Part shown: in pieces, positions 52,739 to 62,968 of the stretch
Layout: every line of letters begins with the position of its first letter
How positions within the stretch are numbered: the stretch's first letter is position 1
NCBI GenBank assembly: GCA_963695555.1
Contig: CAVOGR010000005.1
Span: 96,001 to 160,000 of the forward strand
Direction of reading: 5' to 3'
Length of the DNA stretch: 64,000 bases
DNA from: an uncultured Gemmatimonadales bacterium
GTDB lineage: Bacteria > Gemmatimonadota > Gemmatimonadetes > Gemmatimonadales > GWC2-71-9
Translations under genes and position numbers: made by a program
Notes under the pieces: model-generated
Seen by the model: only the letters and a program-made list of their open reading frames with translations
What the model was told of the DNA's origin: nothing
Database searches by the model: none

Positions 52739-53517
52739 GGCACCTCGTCCTGCCGGTGAAACCAGTCGTCCGCGTAGTCGGCGCGCACGAAATAGAGTCC
52801 CTCGGGCGGCGCGGGCGGGCTCGTGTCTTGGTTGTGGCCGCTCTCGAGTAGGCGCTCCATGTCAGCTACCGCGCGCCGTCCCAACCCGATATCCACCATC
52901 GTGCCCACCAGCATCCGCACCATGTGATGCAGGAAACGGTTGGCGGCGATGTCCAACATCACGCCGGGCTGATCGTCGCGGGCGGCCCACGTTGCGACCC
53001 GGACGTGGCAGCGATAGTGCGGTCGCGGTGTGCCCTTGGCTGCGAACGCGCTGAAATCGTGCTCCCCGACAATCGAGCCGGCCCCAGTTCGAAGGGCCTC
53101 AAGGTCGAGAGGCCTCGCCACGGCCCATTCGTACGGGCGTCGAAACGGAGACCGGGAGGACGGATCGGTACCGATGATGTAGCGGTACTGTCGCTCGCGG
53201 GCGCTCTTCCGCGCATGGAACCCTGGGCGCATCAAATGCACCGACGCGGCCCAGCAATCCGGGGCCAGCAGGGCATTCAGCGCTCGGTGCAGGGCCTGAG
53301 GGGTCCACTTGGCCGGCACCGTGAAACTCACGCCCATGCCCGTCGCATGAACGCCCGCGTCGGTTCGCCCGGCCGCGTGGGCCACGATTCGGGTGCCGCA
53401 CAGCTCCTCGAGAACCCGTTCGACCTCGGCTTGGACCGTTCGCCCTACCGGCTGCCGTTGCCAGCCGACGAAGGCGCCGCCGGCATAGTGCAGCACGGCG
53501 AGAAAGGTCCGGCTCAT
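52726..53517 (-). CDS. truA: tRNA pseudouridine(38-40) synthase
   Basis: GWQRQ, AGRTDAGVHA, FHAR, FLHHMVRMLVG, APPEGL. Confidence 0.95.
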   Translation of the reverse strand: MSRTFLAVLHYAGGAFVGWQRQPVGRTVQAEVERVLEELCGTRIVAHAAGRTDAGVHATGMGVSFTVPAKWTPQALHRALNALLAPDCWAASVHLMRPGFHARKSARERQYRYIIGTDPSSRSPFRRPYEWAVARPLDLEALRTGAGSIVGEHDFSAFAAKGTPRPHYRCHVRVATWAARDDQPGVMLDIAANRFLHHMVRMLVGTMVDIGLGRRAVADMERLLESGHNQDTSPPAPPEGLYFVRADYADDWFHRQDEVPCSE

Positions 53518-53524
53518 CGGCGGA

Positions 53525-53554
53525 AACTTAGTGCCGGTCTGCTGCCCGGAGCAA
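53525..53554 (-). promoter_or_regulatory. Sigma70 promoter of truA, probably leaderless
   Basis: Minus strand TTGCTC-N18-TAAGTT-N7-ATG. Confidence 0.55.
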
Positions 53555-53580
53555 GTTGCGCAACCCATTGGCATCATTGG

Positions 53581-53606
53581 AAAAAGGCCCGCTGTTGCGG
53601 GCCTTT
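53581..53606 (-). terminator. Intrinsic terminator downstream of lexA
   Basis: Minus strand AAAGGCCCGC-aaca-GCGGGCCTTTTT. Confidence 0.8.
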
Positions 53607-53628
53607 CGGACGGCGGGGACTCCGCCGT

Positions 53629-54237
53629 TCAGTACTTGCGGATGACGCCGACGACTTGCCCCTGGATCAGGACATCCTGCTCCTGGTACCTGAGGGGCGC
53701 GACCGTGGGGTTGGCCGGCTGGAGCCGGATCCACCCGCCCGGTTCCCGGTAGAACTTCTTGACGGTTGCCTCGCTGCCGTGGACCAGCGCGATGACCATC
53801 TCGCCATTTTCCGCCGTTTGCTTGCCGTGCACGACGACGTAGTCACCATCCAGGATGTGCTCGTCGATCATCGAGTTCCCCCGCACCTGCAGGGCGTAGT
53901 TGGGACCGCGGCGCGGCAGCATCTCGTCCGGCACGGCGATCAACTCCTCGTGCATCAGCGATTCGATGGGTGTGCCCGCGGCGACGCGACCCAACAGGGG
54001 CACCTCGGTGGCCGGCGCCGTGCCCCTGGGAGGGAGGAGCTCGATTGAGCGGCTTTCATTGTATTGCCGGGTGATATAGCCCTTGCGCTCGAGGTTCGAC
54101 AGATGTTCGTGAACGGTCGCGAGCGACTGGAACCCGAATCGGGCTGCGATCTCCTCGAAACTCGGGGCGTATCCCCGGTCGAGGATGTACTCCTGGAGGT
54201 AGGAGAGGATTTCCCGCTGCCGGCGCGTAAGCGACAT
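53629..54237 (-). CDS. lexA: SOS repressor LexA
   Basis: LTRRQREIL, GYAPSFEEIA, SLATVHEHL, LERKGY; Ala-Gly cleavage site VAAG; catalytic GNSM and TVKK. Confidence 0.95.
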   Translation of the reverse strand: MSLTRRQREILSYLQEYILDRGYAPSFEEIAARFGFQSLATVHEHLSNLERKGYITRQYNESRSIELLPPRGTAPATEVPLLGRVAAGTPIESLMHEELIAVPDEMLPRRGPNYALQVRGNSMIDEHILDGDYVVVHGKQTAENGEMVIALVHGSEATVKKFYREPGGWIRLQPANPTVAPLRYQEQDVLIQGQVVGVIRKY

Positions 54238-54258
54238 GGTTTCCCCCGCAATGGTGTA

Positions 54259-54306
54259 CCGAAAGAATCCCGAATAGAATCTACCCGAAGGATACCCGAA
54301 AGGCAA
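54259..54306 (-). promoter_or_regulatory. lexA promoter overlaid by two direct-repeat boxes (candidate LexA operators)
   Basis: Minus strand TTGCCT-N17-TAGATT; boxes TTCGG-GTATCC-TTCGG (54300-54285) and TTCGG-GATTCT-TTCGG (54274-54259). Confidence 0.75.
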
Positions 54307-54443
54307 GAGTGGGTGTCGCGGTTGTCCCGGTCGTGGAGTGGCCGAAGGAGGCCCTAGCGCATAACTTAGTGCGATACCTCGCTTGGGGTGCCGGCCGGTT
54401 TCCCCACCTCCCCAACCCTTGGAATGCCTTAGGTCGCTTCTCG

Positions 54444-56138
54444 GTGAGTGAAGACGCACTGACGAACGGAACCGACTCGGGAATGATCCTGCCCGACACC
54501 CAGGTGCAGGAGCTCATTCGCACGCTGGTGCGGAGCCAACGTGCGTTCCAGATGTACCTCCCCAACAACCCCATCTACCACAAAGCGGTGGACAACGTCC
54601 GCGCGGCCTTCCGACCGGTGTGGGCGGCCACCGACGAGTTGGTGCTCACGGTGGCCGAGACGGACTTCGTGTGGGAGGGAATGCTGGTCTATCAGGAGAT
54701 GAGCAAGAGCGATAGCCTCGCGTGGCAGCTGTACAAGGACGGCATGCGGATCCTGACCTTCAAGCCTGGCATCCAGGACGAAGAGATCATTCGGTTCCTC
54801 CAGACCGTCAACCAGGTTCGCCTCCTGCCGCCCGACGCGGCGGATGATCTCCGGACCATTCTCTGGGAACAAGATTACCAGTTCCTAACGTATCGGTTCA
54901 CCGATCTGTTGGAGGGGCTCGAGGGGATGGAGCCCGCCGCCTCGGGCCTCACCGCGATTCCGCAGGAAGGGCTTCAGGACGAAGTTCGCCGCGATGTTCA
55001 GGAGGTGGCCCCGGGTGCCCGGCCGGGCGTGGTGGACCTCGAGGAGTTCGATTCGACGCCTTATTTCCTCGACGAGCGAGAGATCGATTTCGTGCGACAG
55101 GAAGTCCTGCGCGAATACCAGCGGGATCTCAGGAGCAGCGCCTTCAACGCGCTGTTCGATGTGTTCGAGCAGCAAGACGATGCGGAGGTCCGGGAGGAGA
55201 TCATTGGGATTCTCGATGGTCTCTTCCCGAACATGTTGAACGCCGGCGAGTTCAAGGCGTGCGCCGCCGTGTTGCGCGAAACCCGAACACTCGCGGAGCG
55301 AGTCGATGACGGATTCCGCCAGCGCCTTGCGGTATTCGACGCGCAGCTGAGTCAGCCCACGGTCGTCTCCCAGCTGCTCCAGTCGCTGGACGAGGCAGTC
55401 ACGCCGCCTCGCGAGGCGGATGTCAATGAGATTCTCCAAGAACTGCAGCCCCAAGCCCTCGAGACGGTGTTCGTCTGGTTGCCGAAGTTCAATTCGGCAA
55501 CCATGCGCCGCCTGGTGTCCGACGCGGCGGGCCGTATCGCCGAGCGCCACCCCTCCGAAGTCGTCCGATTGCTGCAGGACCACGGCAGCGCGGCGTTGCC
55601 GTCTGCAATCGCGCTCGCGGGACGCCTCAAGGTCGAGCCCGCCGTGGCCGGCCTGGCCGCCGCATTGAAGCACGACAGTTCGGACATCCGGTTTGCGGCG
55701 GTCGAGGCTCTGGGGGCCGTTGGCTCCCCGTCGGCCATGGGCAAGCTCGAACCGGCGTTGAGCGACAACGATCGGTCGGTACGCATGGCCGCGGTCCGCC
55801 TGGTCGGGGAACGGGGGTTCAAGGGCGCCTTGCCGCGCATCGAGCAAGTAGTTCTTCGCAGGGGCCACAAATCAATGGACTTCAATGAGAAGCGGGCGTT
55901 CTTCGAGGCCTACGGCTCGATTGCAGGCGCCGCGGCAGTTAAGCCGCTGGGCGCTATGCTCCGCGCGCGCGGCATCTTCCGGCGTAAGCGCAGCTCTGAG
56001 GTGCGCATGTGCGCTGCGTTGGGACTTGGCCAAGTGGGCACTCCTGAGGCCCGAGCGATTCTCGAGCGCGTGCAAGACGATCGGGACCGGCAGGTGAAGA
56101 ACGCGGTTGGTGCGGCGCTCCGGGCGGCTCGGTCGTGA
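54444..56138 (+). CDS. HEAT-repeat (PBS-lyase-like) protein with uncharacterised N-terminal domain
   Basis: C-terminal repeats IRFAAVEALGAVG, VRMAAVRLVG, VRMCAALGLGQVG; start GTG 54444 or ATG 54483. Confidence 0.8.
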   Translation: MSEDALTNGTDSGMILPDTQVQELIRTLVRSQRAFQMYLPNNPIYHKAVDNVRAAFRPVWAATDELVLTVAETDFVWEGMLVYQEMSKSDSLAWQLYKDGMRILTFKPGIQDEEIIRFLQTVNQVRLLPPDAADDLRTILWEQDYQFLTYRFTDLLEGLEGMEPAASGLTAIPQEGLQDEVRRDVQEVAPGARPGVVDLEEFDSTPYFLDEREIDFVRQEVLREYQRDLRSSAFNALFDVFEQQDDAEVREEIIGILDGLFPNMLNAGEFKACAAVLRETRTLAERVDDGFRQRLAVFDAQLSQPTVVSQLLQSLDEAVTPPREADVNEILQELQPQALETVFVWLPKFNSATMRRLVSDAAGRIAERHPSEVVRLLQDHGSAALPSAIALAGRLKVEPAVAGLAAALKHDSSDIRFAAVEALGAVGSPSAMGKLEPALSDNDRSVRMAAVRLVGERGFKGALPRIEQVVLRRGHKSMDFNEKRAFFEAYGSIAGAAAVKPLGAMLRARGIFRRKRSSEVRMCAALGLGQVGTPEARAILERVQDDRDRQVKNAVGAALRAARS

Positions 56139-57616
56139 GTTCTTCACACGTGCCGGGCCCCAACCAGGGCCGAGAGGACGCCGCGGTCGGCGGCGGTGAA
56201 GGGTTCCTCCGGCAGGCGGGCCGCGGACTTCTGTTCGCGCTCTACACCGCGCTTCGAAGCCTCAAGTTGTATCCGCTCGAAAATGCGACCGTTCAAAAGG
56301 CACTGAACGATCTCCTCGAGGCGACCAACGGTCTGCTGGCCCGCGAGGAGGAAATCGAGATCCGCATGGCGGGAGATTTCCTCTTCGTGAACGGGACCCG
56401 GCTCAGGCTGGAGTTGGACAACTATGCCTCCTTTAGCCAGATCCTGTCGCTCTTGCGGAGCCTCGATATCGGCACGCTGTGGATTCGCCCGGGCATCGAG
56501 CGGCGCGAGTGGCAAGTCTTCCTGAGTCTCCTGCTCAGCCTTTCCAGCCGGGAAGACTCGAGCGAGTTGCTCGGAGAGCTCTTGGAGCGGGCGGCGGCAG
56601 GCGGGGTGAAGGCGATCGACGTCGAGCCGAGAAGCGAGCGCCACGAGTTCGACGAAATGCAGCTCGCCCGGGAAATCGCCAAGCGAACGTATTCGCATGG
56701 CGTGTCGGTCACCAAGGATGTCGTCAATAGCGTCCGCATGGGCCGGGCCGCCAGCCTCAAGAAGGTGAAGCGGGCGGTGCAGATGATGGTGGACCAGGTA
56801 CTGAACAACGAGACCTCGCTGCTGGGGCTCACCACGCTGCGGGACTACGACGAATACACCTTCACCCATTCCGTCAACGTCTGCATCTTCTCGATCGCGC
56901 TGGGCCGGAAGCTCGGCCTGACGAAGCACCAGCTCTACGACCTCGGCCTGGCCGCCCTGATGCATGATGTGGGGAAGGCCCGTATTCCGTTGGAGGTGCT
57001 CAACAAGGCCGGCGGCCTCGACGAAGATGAGTGGCGGCTCATGCAGGGTCACCCCTGGATGGGGACCCTCGCATTGTTCGAATTGCGGGCCTATGAGGAG
57101 ACTCCCTACCGCTCGATCCTGGTGGCGCACGAACATCACATGAAGAAGGACCTGAGCGGCTACCCCAAGGTCATTAGGCCGCGGCAGACGGGCATTTACT
57201 CCCGGCTGGTGTCGGTGGCCGACGGGTTCGACGCGGCGACGACGCGGCGGTCGTATCAGACCGTGCCCATCGAGCCCGACGAAGTGCTCCGGGAGATGTG
57301 GACCAACCCGCGCCGGGGCTACGAGCTGGTTCTGGTCAAGGCGCTCATCAACTTGCTGGGCGTCTATCCCGTCGGTACCTGCGTCATCCTCGACACCTTC
57401 GAAGTGGCCATCGTCGCCGGTGCAGCCGAGGACCCGAAGTACCTGAACCGTCCGACCGTGTGCGTGGTCATCAACGACCAAGGGACGCCGCTGCCTCCAC
57501 CCGGTATGACCGTCGATCTGTCAGACCGCCAGCCCGACGGGAATTTCCGCCGCTCCATCGTCAAGGTCACCAACCCGGATCGATACGGCCTCACCGTTGG
57601 CGACTACTTCATCTGA
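56135..57616 (+). CDS. HD-GYP-family phosphohydrolase (putative cyclic di-nucleotide phosphodiesterase)
   Basis: [45 protein letters not shown] overlap with the HEAT gene. Confidence 0.85.
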   Translation: MSSSHVPGPNQGREDAAVGGGEGFLRQAGRGLLFALYTALRSLKLYPLENATVQKALNDLLEATNGLLAREEEIEIRMAGDFLFVNGTRLRLELDNYASFSQILSLLRSLDIGTLWIRPGIERREWQVFLSLLLSLSSREDSSELLGELLERAAAGGVKAIDVEPRSERHEFDEMQLAREIAKRTYSHGVSVTKDVVNSVRMGRAASLKKVKRAVQMMVDQVLNNETSLLGLTTLRDYDEYTFTHSVNVCIFSIALGRKLGLTKHQLYDLGLAALMHDVGKARIPLEVLNKAGGLDEDEWRLMQGHPWMGTLALFELRAYEETPYRSILVAHEHHMKKDLSGYPKVIRPRQTGIYSRLVSVADGFDAATTRRSYQTVPIEPDEVLREMWTNPRRGYELVLVKALINLLGVYPVGTCVILDTFEVAIVAGAAEDPKYLNRPTVCVVINDQGTPLPPPGMTVDLSDRQPDGNFRRSIVKVTNPDRYGLTVGDYFI

Positions 57617-57692
57617 GTCGGCCAGGCCCGGGCCACGAGGCAGCGGCCGGATCCGACCCCCGCGCGCGGACCAGACATCCTCATCTCACGGG

Positions 57693-59768
57693 GTGCCGAT
57701 CCCGCTGATCCTGCGGTGGTATGCACGCTTCCTGATGGGTACGGGGGGCATCGCGGCGGCGGCCACGCTCCTGCTCGACCAGGGTTGGCAATCGGTCTGG
57801 CTGGGAACCCTGGTGACCGCTGCTGCTGTCGCCCTCCTCCGGGTTGGCCCGGTCCGGCTCAGCAAGTACTCCTACCTCACGCAGAGCGCCATCGCGACCC
57901 TGGCGGGATGCCTAATTCTCGGGCCGGGTCCCGTCGTGGTTGCCCTTACGGCCGGAGTATTCGTCTCGGACGGGCTCCTGCTGCGCAAGCCGGTCTGGGT
58001 TGCAGCCATCAATACCGGTCGCGAAGTCCTCGCCTTCGTCGCCGCGTACGGCATCTTCGCCGTCGTGTGGCGGCTGAGCGGGATGCCGGGACTGTCGCTC
58101 GATTTCCTGCCGGCCGCGTTCACGCTGGCCGTGATGTACTTCTTCATCTCGCGAGCGCTCTTCTATTTTACGCTATTGATCCGCGACAAGCTCGAGAGCG
58201 AGGAGCGGCTGCTCATTCTCCGCTACGAGGTTGTCGCCTACGTCCTGACTCTCCTGGCCACCGGAACCGTCCTCGGCGCGTATCACCTGCTCGATCGCAT
58301 GGGCTGGGTGGCGGTGCTCATCGTGTTGGGTGTGGTCGGGGCGCTGACCAAACGCATTGTGGAGGAGGCGATCGCGGCAGAGGACCTCAACAAGGTCCAC
58401 CTCATGGAAACCACCGTGGCCAGTCACGTCACTCTTCACGACTCGTTCGACCAAATCGAGCGACTGGCCACGCGTCTCCTCGACTGGGGAGATTTCCGCA
58501 TTTACCGGCTCCAACAGTCGACGCCCGAGCTGGTGTATCGCGCCACCATTGGACGCGATAATCGGACGGATCCTCCCCACGAAGCCGACGCATTGCGCCA
58601 TGAAGCGATTCGCGAGGCCAGGACGATCATCATTCACGATGTCCGAAAGGACCCGCGCATTCAGCACCCCCACCCCGATGCCCAGAGCCTGGTGTTCCTG
58701 CCGCTCCGCTTCGGGGATCAGGTGATCGGGACCCTCGAACTCGAACACCACAAGCGCCACGCCTACCGCCGGCGCGACTTGGCCGCGATGCTGACCCTGG
58801 CGAACCAGGTGGCAACGGCCATGCACATCGCTGAGCTCCGCCGGCCGCTGGTATCCACCGTGCGGCAGGTCGGCACGCAGATCCGTGCGCTGGCGGGCAT
58901 CACCGAATCGCTCCGGGCATCGGCCAGCGCGTTGGCGGGAGCCGCCACGACGATACGCGACGGCATCGCCGAAGAAGAGGCGTTCGTCACAGCCGGACTC
59001 GGCTCCACGGAACTCTTGTCCGAGGCGTCAGCGCAGATGGCTGCGGAGGGTGCCAAGGCGTCGGAGGCAAGCGGGATGGCGGCCCAGGTGGCGGCGCGCA
59101 ATCGGGAAACCATTCGCGACGCCATCGAGCGACTGGTGCAACTCAACAGTTTCGTCGGCGAGAGTTACCGCCAGGTCGCCGAGCTCGGTGCCGTGACCCG
59201 CCGGATTACCGAGTTCATCGGGTCGATCCGCGAAATCGCGGAGCTGACGAATCTGATCTCCCTCAACGCGGGAATCGAAGCGTCCCGTGCCGGTGCGGAA
59301 GGGAAGGGATTCGCCGTGGTGGCGGAAGAGGTCCGCCAGCTCGCCGGGCAGAGTTCCGAGGCGGCGCGTGAGTCCGCAACGCTGCTCAGCGCGATCTCCA
59401 CGCAAGTCGCCGAGATCTCCGAACAGATGGAGCGGGGGCAAACGGTCGTGGCGGGTGTCGAGCATCTCAGTGCCGATGCAGCGGCAGCCCTCGAAGAAAT
59501 CGTCGGATCGACCGAAGAAGCGGGCGGGCACGCCCGCCGCATTGCCGCCGGCGCCGCGGCGCAGGAGACGTCGTTCGAGCAGCTCAAGCGCAACATCGAA
59601 CACCTGGCCCAGGTGTCCCGCCAAACCGGCGCGCAGGTCGAAGCGCTCACCGACCAAGCCGCCGATGCCTCGCGCGGGCAAGTCGACCTGGAGCGTGCCA
59701 TCGTCGAGTTGCAGGAAGTGGTGTCGCAGCTCCAGGCCATCACCCAGTACTTCGATGTCGAACGCTGA
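57693..59768 (+). CDS. Methyl-accepting chemotaxis-like protein: about 7 TM segments, GAF-like domain, MCP signalling domain
   Basis: Hairpin-tip motif [36 protein letters not shown]-like [26 protein letters not shown]; start uncertain (57597-57693). Confidence 0.8.
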   Translation: MPIPLILRWYARFLMGTGGIAAAATLLLDQGWQSVWLGTLVTAAAVALLRVGPVRLSKYSYLTQSAIATLAGCLILGPGPVVVALTAGVFVSDGLLLRKPVWVAAINTGREVLAFVAAYGIFAVVWRLSGMPGLSLDFLPAAFTLAVMYFFISRALFYFTLLIRDKLESEERLLILRYEVVAYVLTLLATGTVLGAYHLLDRMGWVAVLIVLGVVGALTKRIVEEAIAAEDLNKVHLMETTVASHVTLHDSFDQIERLATRLLDWGDFRIYRLQQSTPELVYRATIGRDNRTDPPHEADALRHEAIREARTIIIHDVRKDPRIQHPHPDAQSLVFLPLRFGDQVIGTLELEHHKRHAYRRRDLAAMLTLANQVATAMHIAELRRPLVSTVRQVGTQIRALAGITESLRASASALAGAATTIRDGIAEEEAFVTAGLGSTELLSEASAQMAAEGAKASEASGMAAQVAARNRETIRDAIERLVQLNSFVGESYRQVAELGAVTRRITEFIGSIREIAELTNLISLNAGIEASRAGAEGKGFAVVAEEVRQLAGQSSEAARESATLLSAISTQVAEISEQMERGQTVVAGVEHLSADAAAALEEIVGSTEEAGGHARRIAAGAAAQETSFEQLKRNIEHLAQVSRQTGAQVEALTDQAADASRGQVDLERAIVELQEVVSQLQAITQYFDVER

Positions 59769-60198
59769 CGCCCCCCCGGCCTCCGGATGGGAACGCGCCT
59801 ACATTGCCCTCGGCAGCAACCTCGGCGACCGGGCCGGATACCTGGCCGCCGCGCGCGAGGCCCTGGCCCGGCTGCGCGACACCCGGCTCATCGCGGCGTC
59901 CATGGTGGAGGAGACGGCGCCGCTCGGGGTCGTGCCGCAGCCGCCCTATCTCAATCAGATGGTGCTGGTCGAGACCCGGCTGTCTCCCCGCGAGTTGCTC
60001 CACGCCTGCCGGGCCATCGAACAAGCCGCGGGCCGAATCCGCCGAATGCGATGGGAGTCGCGAACGCTGGACCTCGACCTGGTCCGATTCGGATGCCGGA
60101 CCATCACCGATCCGGAGCTGATACTTCCGCATCCCGAATTGCCCAACCGAGAGTTCTGGCAGCGGGAGCTAACCGAGCTGAGGAGCCATGACCAGTAA
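59755..60198 (+). CDS. folK: 2-amino-4-hydroxy-6-hydroxymethyldihydropteridine diphosphokinase
   Basis: [28 protein letters not shown]. Confidence 0.93.
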   Translation: MSNADAPPASGWERAYIALGSNLGDRAGYLAAAREALARLRDTRLIAASMVEETAPLGVVPQPPYLNQMVLVETRLSPRELLHACRAIEQAAGRIRRMRWESRTLDLDLVRFGCRTITDPELILPHPELPNREFWQRELTELRSHDQ

Positions 60199-61000
60199 GG
60201 CGCGCCCGATTACGACCCGTGAGTTGAGCGTCATGAAGAGCGAGGGACGTCGCATCGTCGCGTTGACATGCTACGACGCCTTGTTCGCCCGCTTGCTCGA
60301 CGCCGCGGAGATCGACATCCTCCTGGTGGGAGATTCGGTCAACCAAGTGCTGGCCGGCCGGGACTCGACCCTGAGCGCGACGCTCGATCAGATGATCTAC
60401 CATGCGGCGTCCGTCCGGCGCGGTGTGACGCGCGCGCTGGTGGTCGTCGACATGCCGTTCCTGTCCTATCAGATCTCGCTGGAAGACGCCGTCCGGAACG
60501 CGGGCCGGGTGCTCCAGGAAACCGGCGCCCAAGCCGTCAAGCTCGAGGGCGGCCACCCCATGGTGCCGACCGTTCAGGGTCTGGTCGAGCGGGGCATCCC
60601 GGTCATGGGCCACTTGGGACTCACGCCGCAATCCATCCACACCCTGGCCGGCTATCGCGTGCAAGGACGCGATACCGAAACCGCCGACCGGCTGCTCTCG
60701 GATGCCAAGGCGCTCGAGCAGGCGGGCGCCTTCAGCCTGGTGCTCGAATTGGTGCCGACCGCCCTGGCCACCCGAATTACCCAGGCGCTCACCATCCCTA
60801 CCATCGGGATCGGCGCAGGCCCCGGGTGCGACGGCCAGGTGCTCGTCCTGCACGACATGTTGGGCCTGAACCCCGAGTTTGCTCCCAAGTTCCTGAAACA
60901 CTACGCCCAGTTGGCCGATACGGTTCGAGACGCCGCGCGGCGGTTCGGTGCGGAAGTGCGCGCCGGGGAATATCCGGGCCCCGAACACGGCTTCGACTGA
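60188..61000 (+). CDS. panB: 3-methyl-2-oxobutanoate hydroxymethyltransferase
   Basis: [44 protein letters not shown]. Confidence 0.96.
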   Translation: MTSKARPITTRELSVMKSEGRRIVALTCYDALFARLLDAAEIDILLVGDSVNQVLAGRDSTLSATLDQMIYHAASVRRGVTRALVVVDMPFLSYQISLEDAVRNAGRVLQETGAQAVKLEGGHPMVPTVQGLVERGIPVMGHLGLTPQSIHTLAGYRVQGRDTETADRLLSDAKALEQAGAFSLVLELVPTALATRITQALTIPTIGIGAGPGCDGQVLVLHDMLGLNPEFAPKFLKHYAQLADTVRDAARRFGAEVRAGEYPGPEHGFD

Positions 61001-61017
61001 GACGACGGGAAGCCTTC

Positions 61018-61896
61018 GTGCGAGTGATTGCCTCAGTCGATGAATTCCGTGACGCGCGACGCGCGTGGGACGCAGGCGGCCAACGAGTCGGCCTGGTCCC
61101 GACCATGGGATACCTCCACGAGGGACACCTCCGCCTCATCGACGCCGCGCGACAGCAATCCGACGTGGTCGTGGTGAGCGTGTTCGTCAATCCGCTCCAG
61201 ATTCGGTCCGTCCGAAGACTTCGAGTCCTATCCCCGCGACCTGGAGCGTGATCGCACGCTCGCAGCCGGCCGCGGGGCGACGCTCGTGTTCGCGCCCGAG
61301 ACCGGGGTCATGTACCCCGCGGACTCGGAGATGCGGGTAGTGCCGGGCCCGACCGCAGAACGTTGGGAAGGAGCCGCTCGCCCGGGGCACTTCTGGGGGT
61401 GCTCACGGTGGTCGCCAAACTCTTCAACCTGACCACTCCACATGTGGCCTGTTTCGGGCAGAAAGACTACCAGCAGCTGACCTTGATCCGCCGGATGGTG
61501 CGTGACTTGAACTGGCCGGTGGAGATCGTCGGCGTTCCCACCGTGCGGGAATCCGATGGGCTCGCTATGAGCAGCCGTAACGTGTACCTATCCCCGGAGG
61601 AACGACGCGAAGCTCTGTCGTTGAGCCAGGGCTTGTCGGCGGCGCATGATTCCTGGCGCGCGGGCCAGTCGGATGCCGCCGCGCTGGAAGCGGCCGTGCG
61701 GAGTCTCGTGGAGGTGTGTCGGCACGTGTCGCTGGAGTATATTGCCGTCGTCGATCCGGACACGCTCGAGCCGCTCGCGCGGGTCGACGATCGATCGGTC
61801 GTCGCCGTGGCCGCGCGGGTCGGCCGGACACGGTTGATTGACAACATTATCCTTGGAGCCGGGATCTCCGGATCGCATGCACCCGCAGCACGCTAG
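61018..61896 (+). CDS. panC: Pantoate--beta-alanine ligase, two frameshifts (probable assembly error)
   Basis: [10 protein letters not shown] and SVFVNPLQ; then [18 protein letters not shown]; then [22 protein letters not shown], in three segments. Confidence 0.9.
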
Positions 61897-61965
61897 GAGC
61901 CTGATGCCAAGCGCACCCATCTGCGACACCGGGTCCCACGCGGGCGTCACGGCCGGTCAGGGTCC

Positions 61966-62554
61966 GTGACTCGGGCGCGCTCCTCCGCTCCGCAACTTCG
62001 GCCAACCCTGCCGGAATGGGCCATGATTTCGCCACAACGCCTGGAGCACGTCGAGCAGGTGGCGGAGCTCCTCGTGACCTGGGCGCACGAGCTCGGGGTG
62101 CCGGACTCCGAACGCAATCGCTGGCTCAGGGCGGCCTGGCTGCACGATGCCCTCCGCGATGCGCCGCTCGAGGAGCTCGAACATTGGGCACCGTCCGCCA
62201 CCGGCCCGGTTTTGCTGCGGCACGGTCCGGCCGCGGCAGGCCGCGCCAAGGCCGAAGGGGAAACGGACCGCGGCGTGCTCGATGCCGTGCGATACCATTC
62301 GCTCGGCCTCGCCGAGTGGGACATGGTAGGACGGATGCTCTATTGCGCCGATTATCTCGAGCCCGGCCGGTCCTTTGATCGGCCGGCGCGCGCCCGAGCT
62401 TGCCGAGCGGCTGCCGCGGGACGTGTCGGGCGTGCTGCGCGAAGTGGCGCGCGCACGCGTGCTTCACGTGATTCAGTCGGGCTGGATCCTTCCCGAACCG
62501 ACGGTGCGTTTTTGGAACTCCCTCTTCCCATACCCCGCCGCCGACTCGGCCTGA
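61966..62554 (+). CDS. YqeK-like HD-domain phosphohydrolase; one frameshift near 62395
   Basis: RLEHV, LHDA, HGPAAA, RYHS, ADYLEPGR; C-terminus ELAERLP..VRFWNSL..* in a shifted frame. Confidence 0.7.
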
Positions 62555-62953
62555 TCGTCGCGGGGCTTCTCGCAGTCCTCATGGTGGTCGCCGCCACGAT
62601 GCGGCTGTGGCCGAGGCCCGATCACGTCGAAGGGCATTCCTACCCGATTCCCTCCGGCGCGGACGGGCGGCTCGTTGAGGTGTTGAACGGCACCGACCGG
62701 ATGGGGCTCGCACGGATCTCCACTCGGCAGTTGAGACGCGCCGGCTTCGATGTGGTCCTTTTCCGGAACGCGCCGGAACTCGCGGATAGCACCGACATCC
62801 TGGTGCGCCGCGGAGCGGTGACCGACGGGGAACGAATTCGAGCCGTGCTCGGTGTGGGCCGCGTTCGCCTGGAGGTCGATACCCTGCGGAGGGTCGATGT
62901 GAGCGTCGTCCTCGGCGAGTGATTACGATCCCGCGGACGAACTCCATCCATAG
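62512..62953 (+). CDS. Membrane-anchored LytR C-terminal domain protein
   Basis: N-terminal TM; VEVLNGTDRMGLA..LRRAGFDV; DVSVVLG; a 1-base shift near 62917 would restore ..SDYDPADELHP*. Confidence 0.7.
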
Positions 62954-62968
62954 TCTTGTTGCCTCGAA

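Noticed and set aside
61966..62922. Apparent HD-LytR fusion ORF
   Set aside because: The linker translates as nonsense, while the shifted frame gives a normal-looking HD C-terminus ending at 62554
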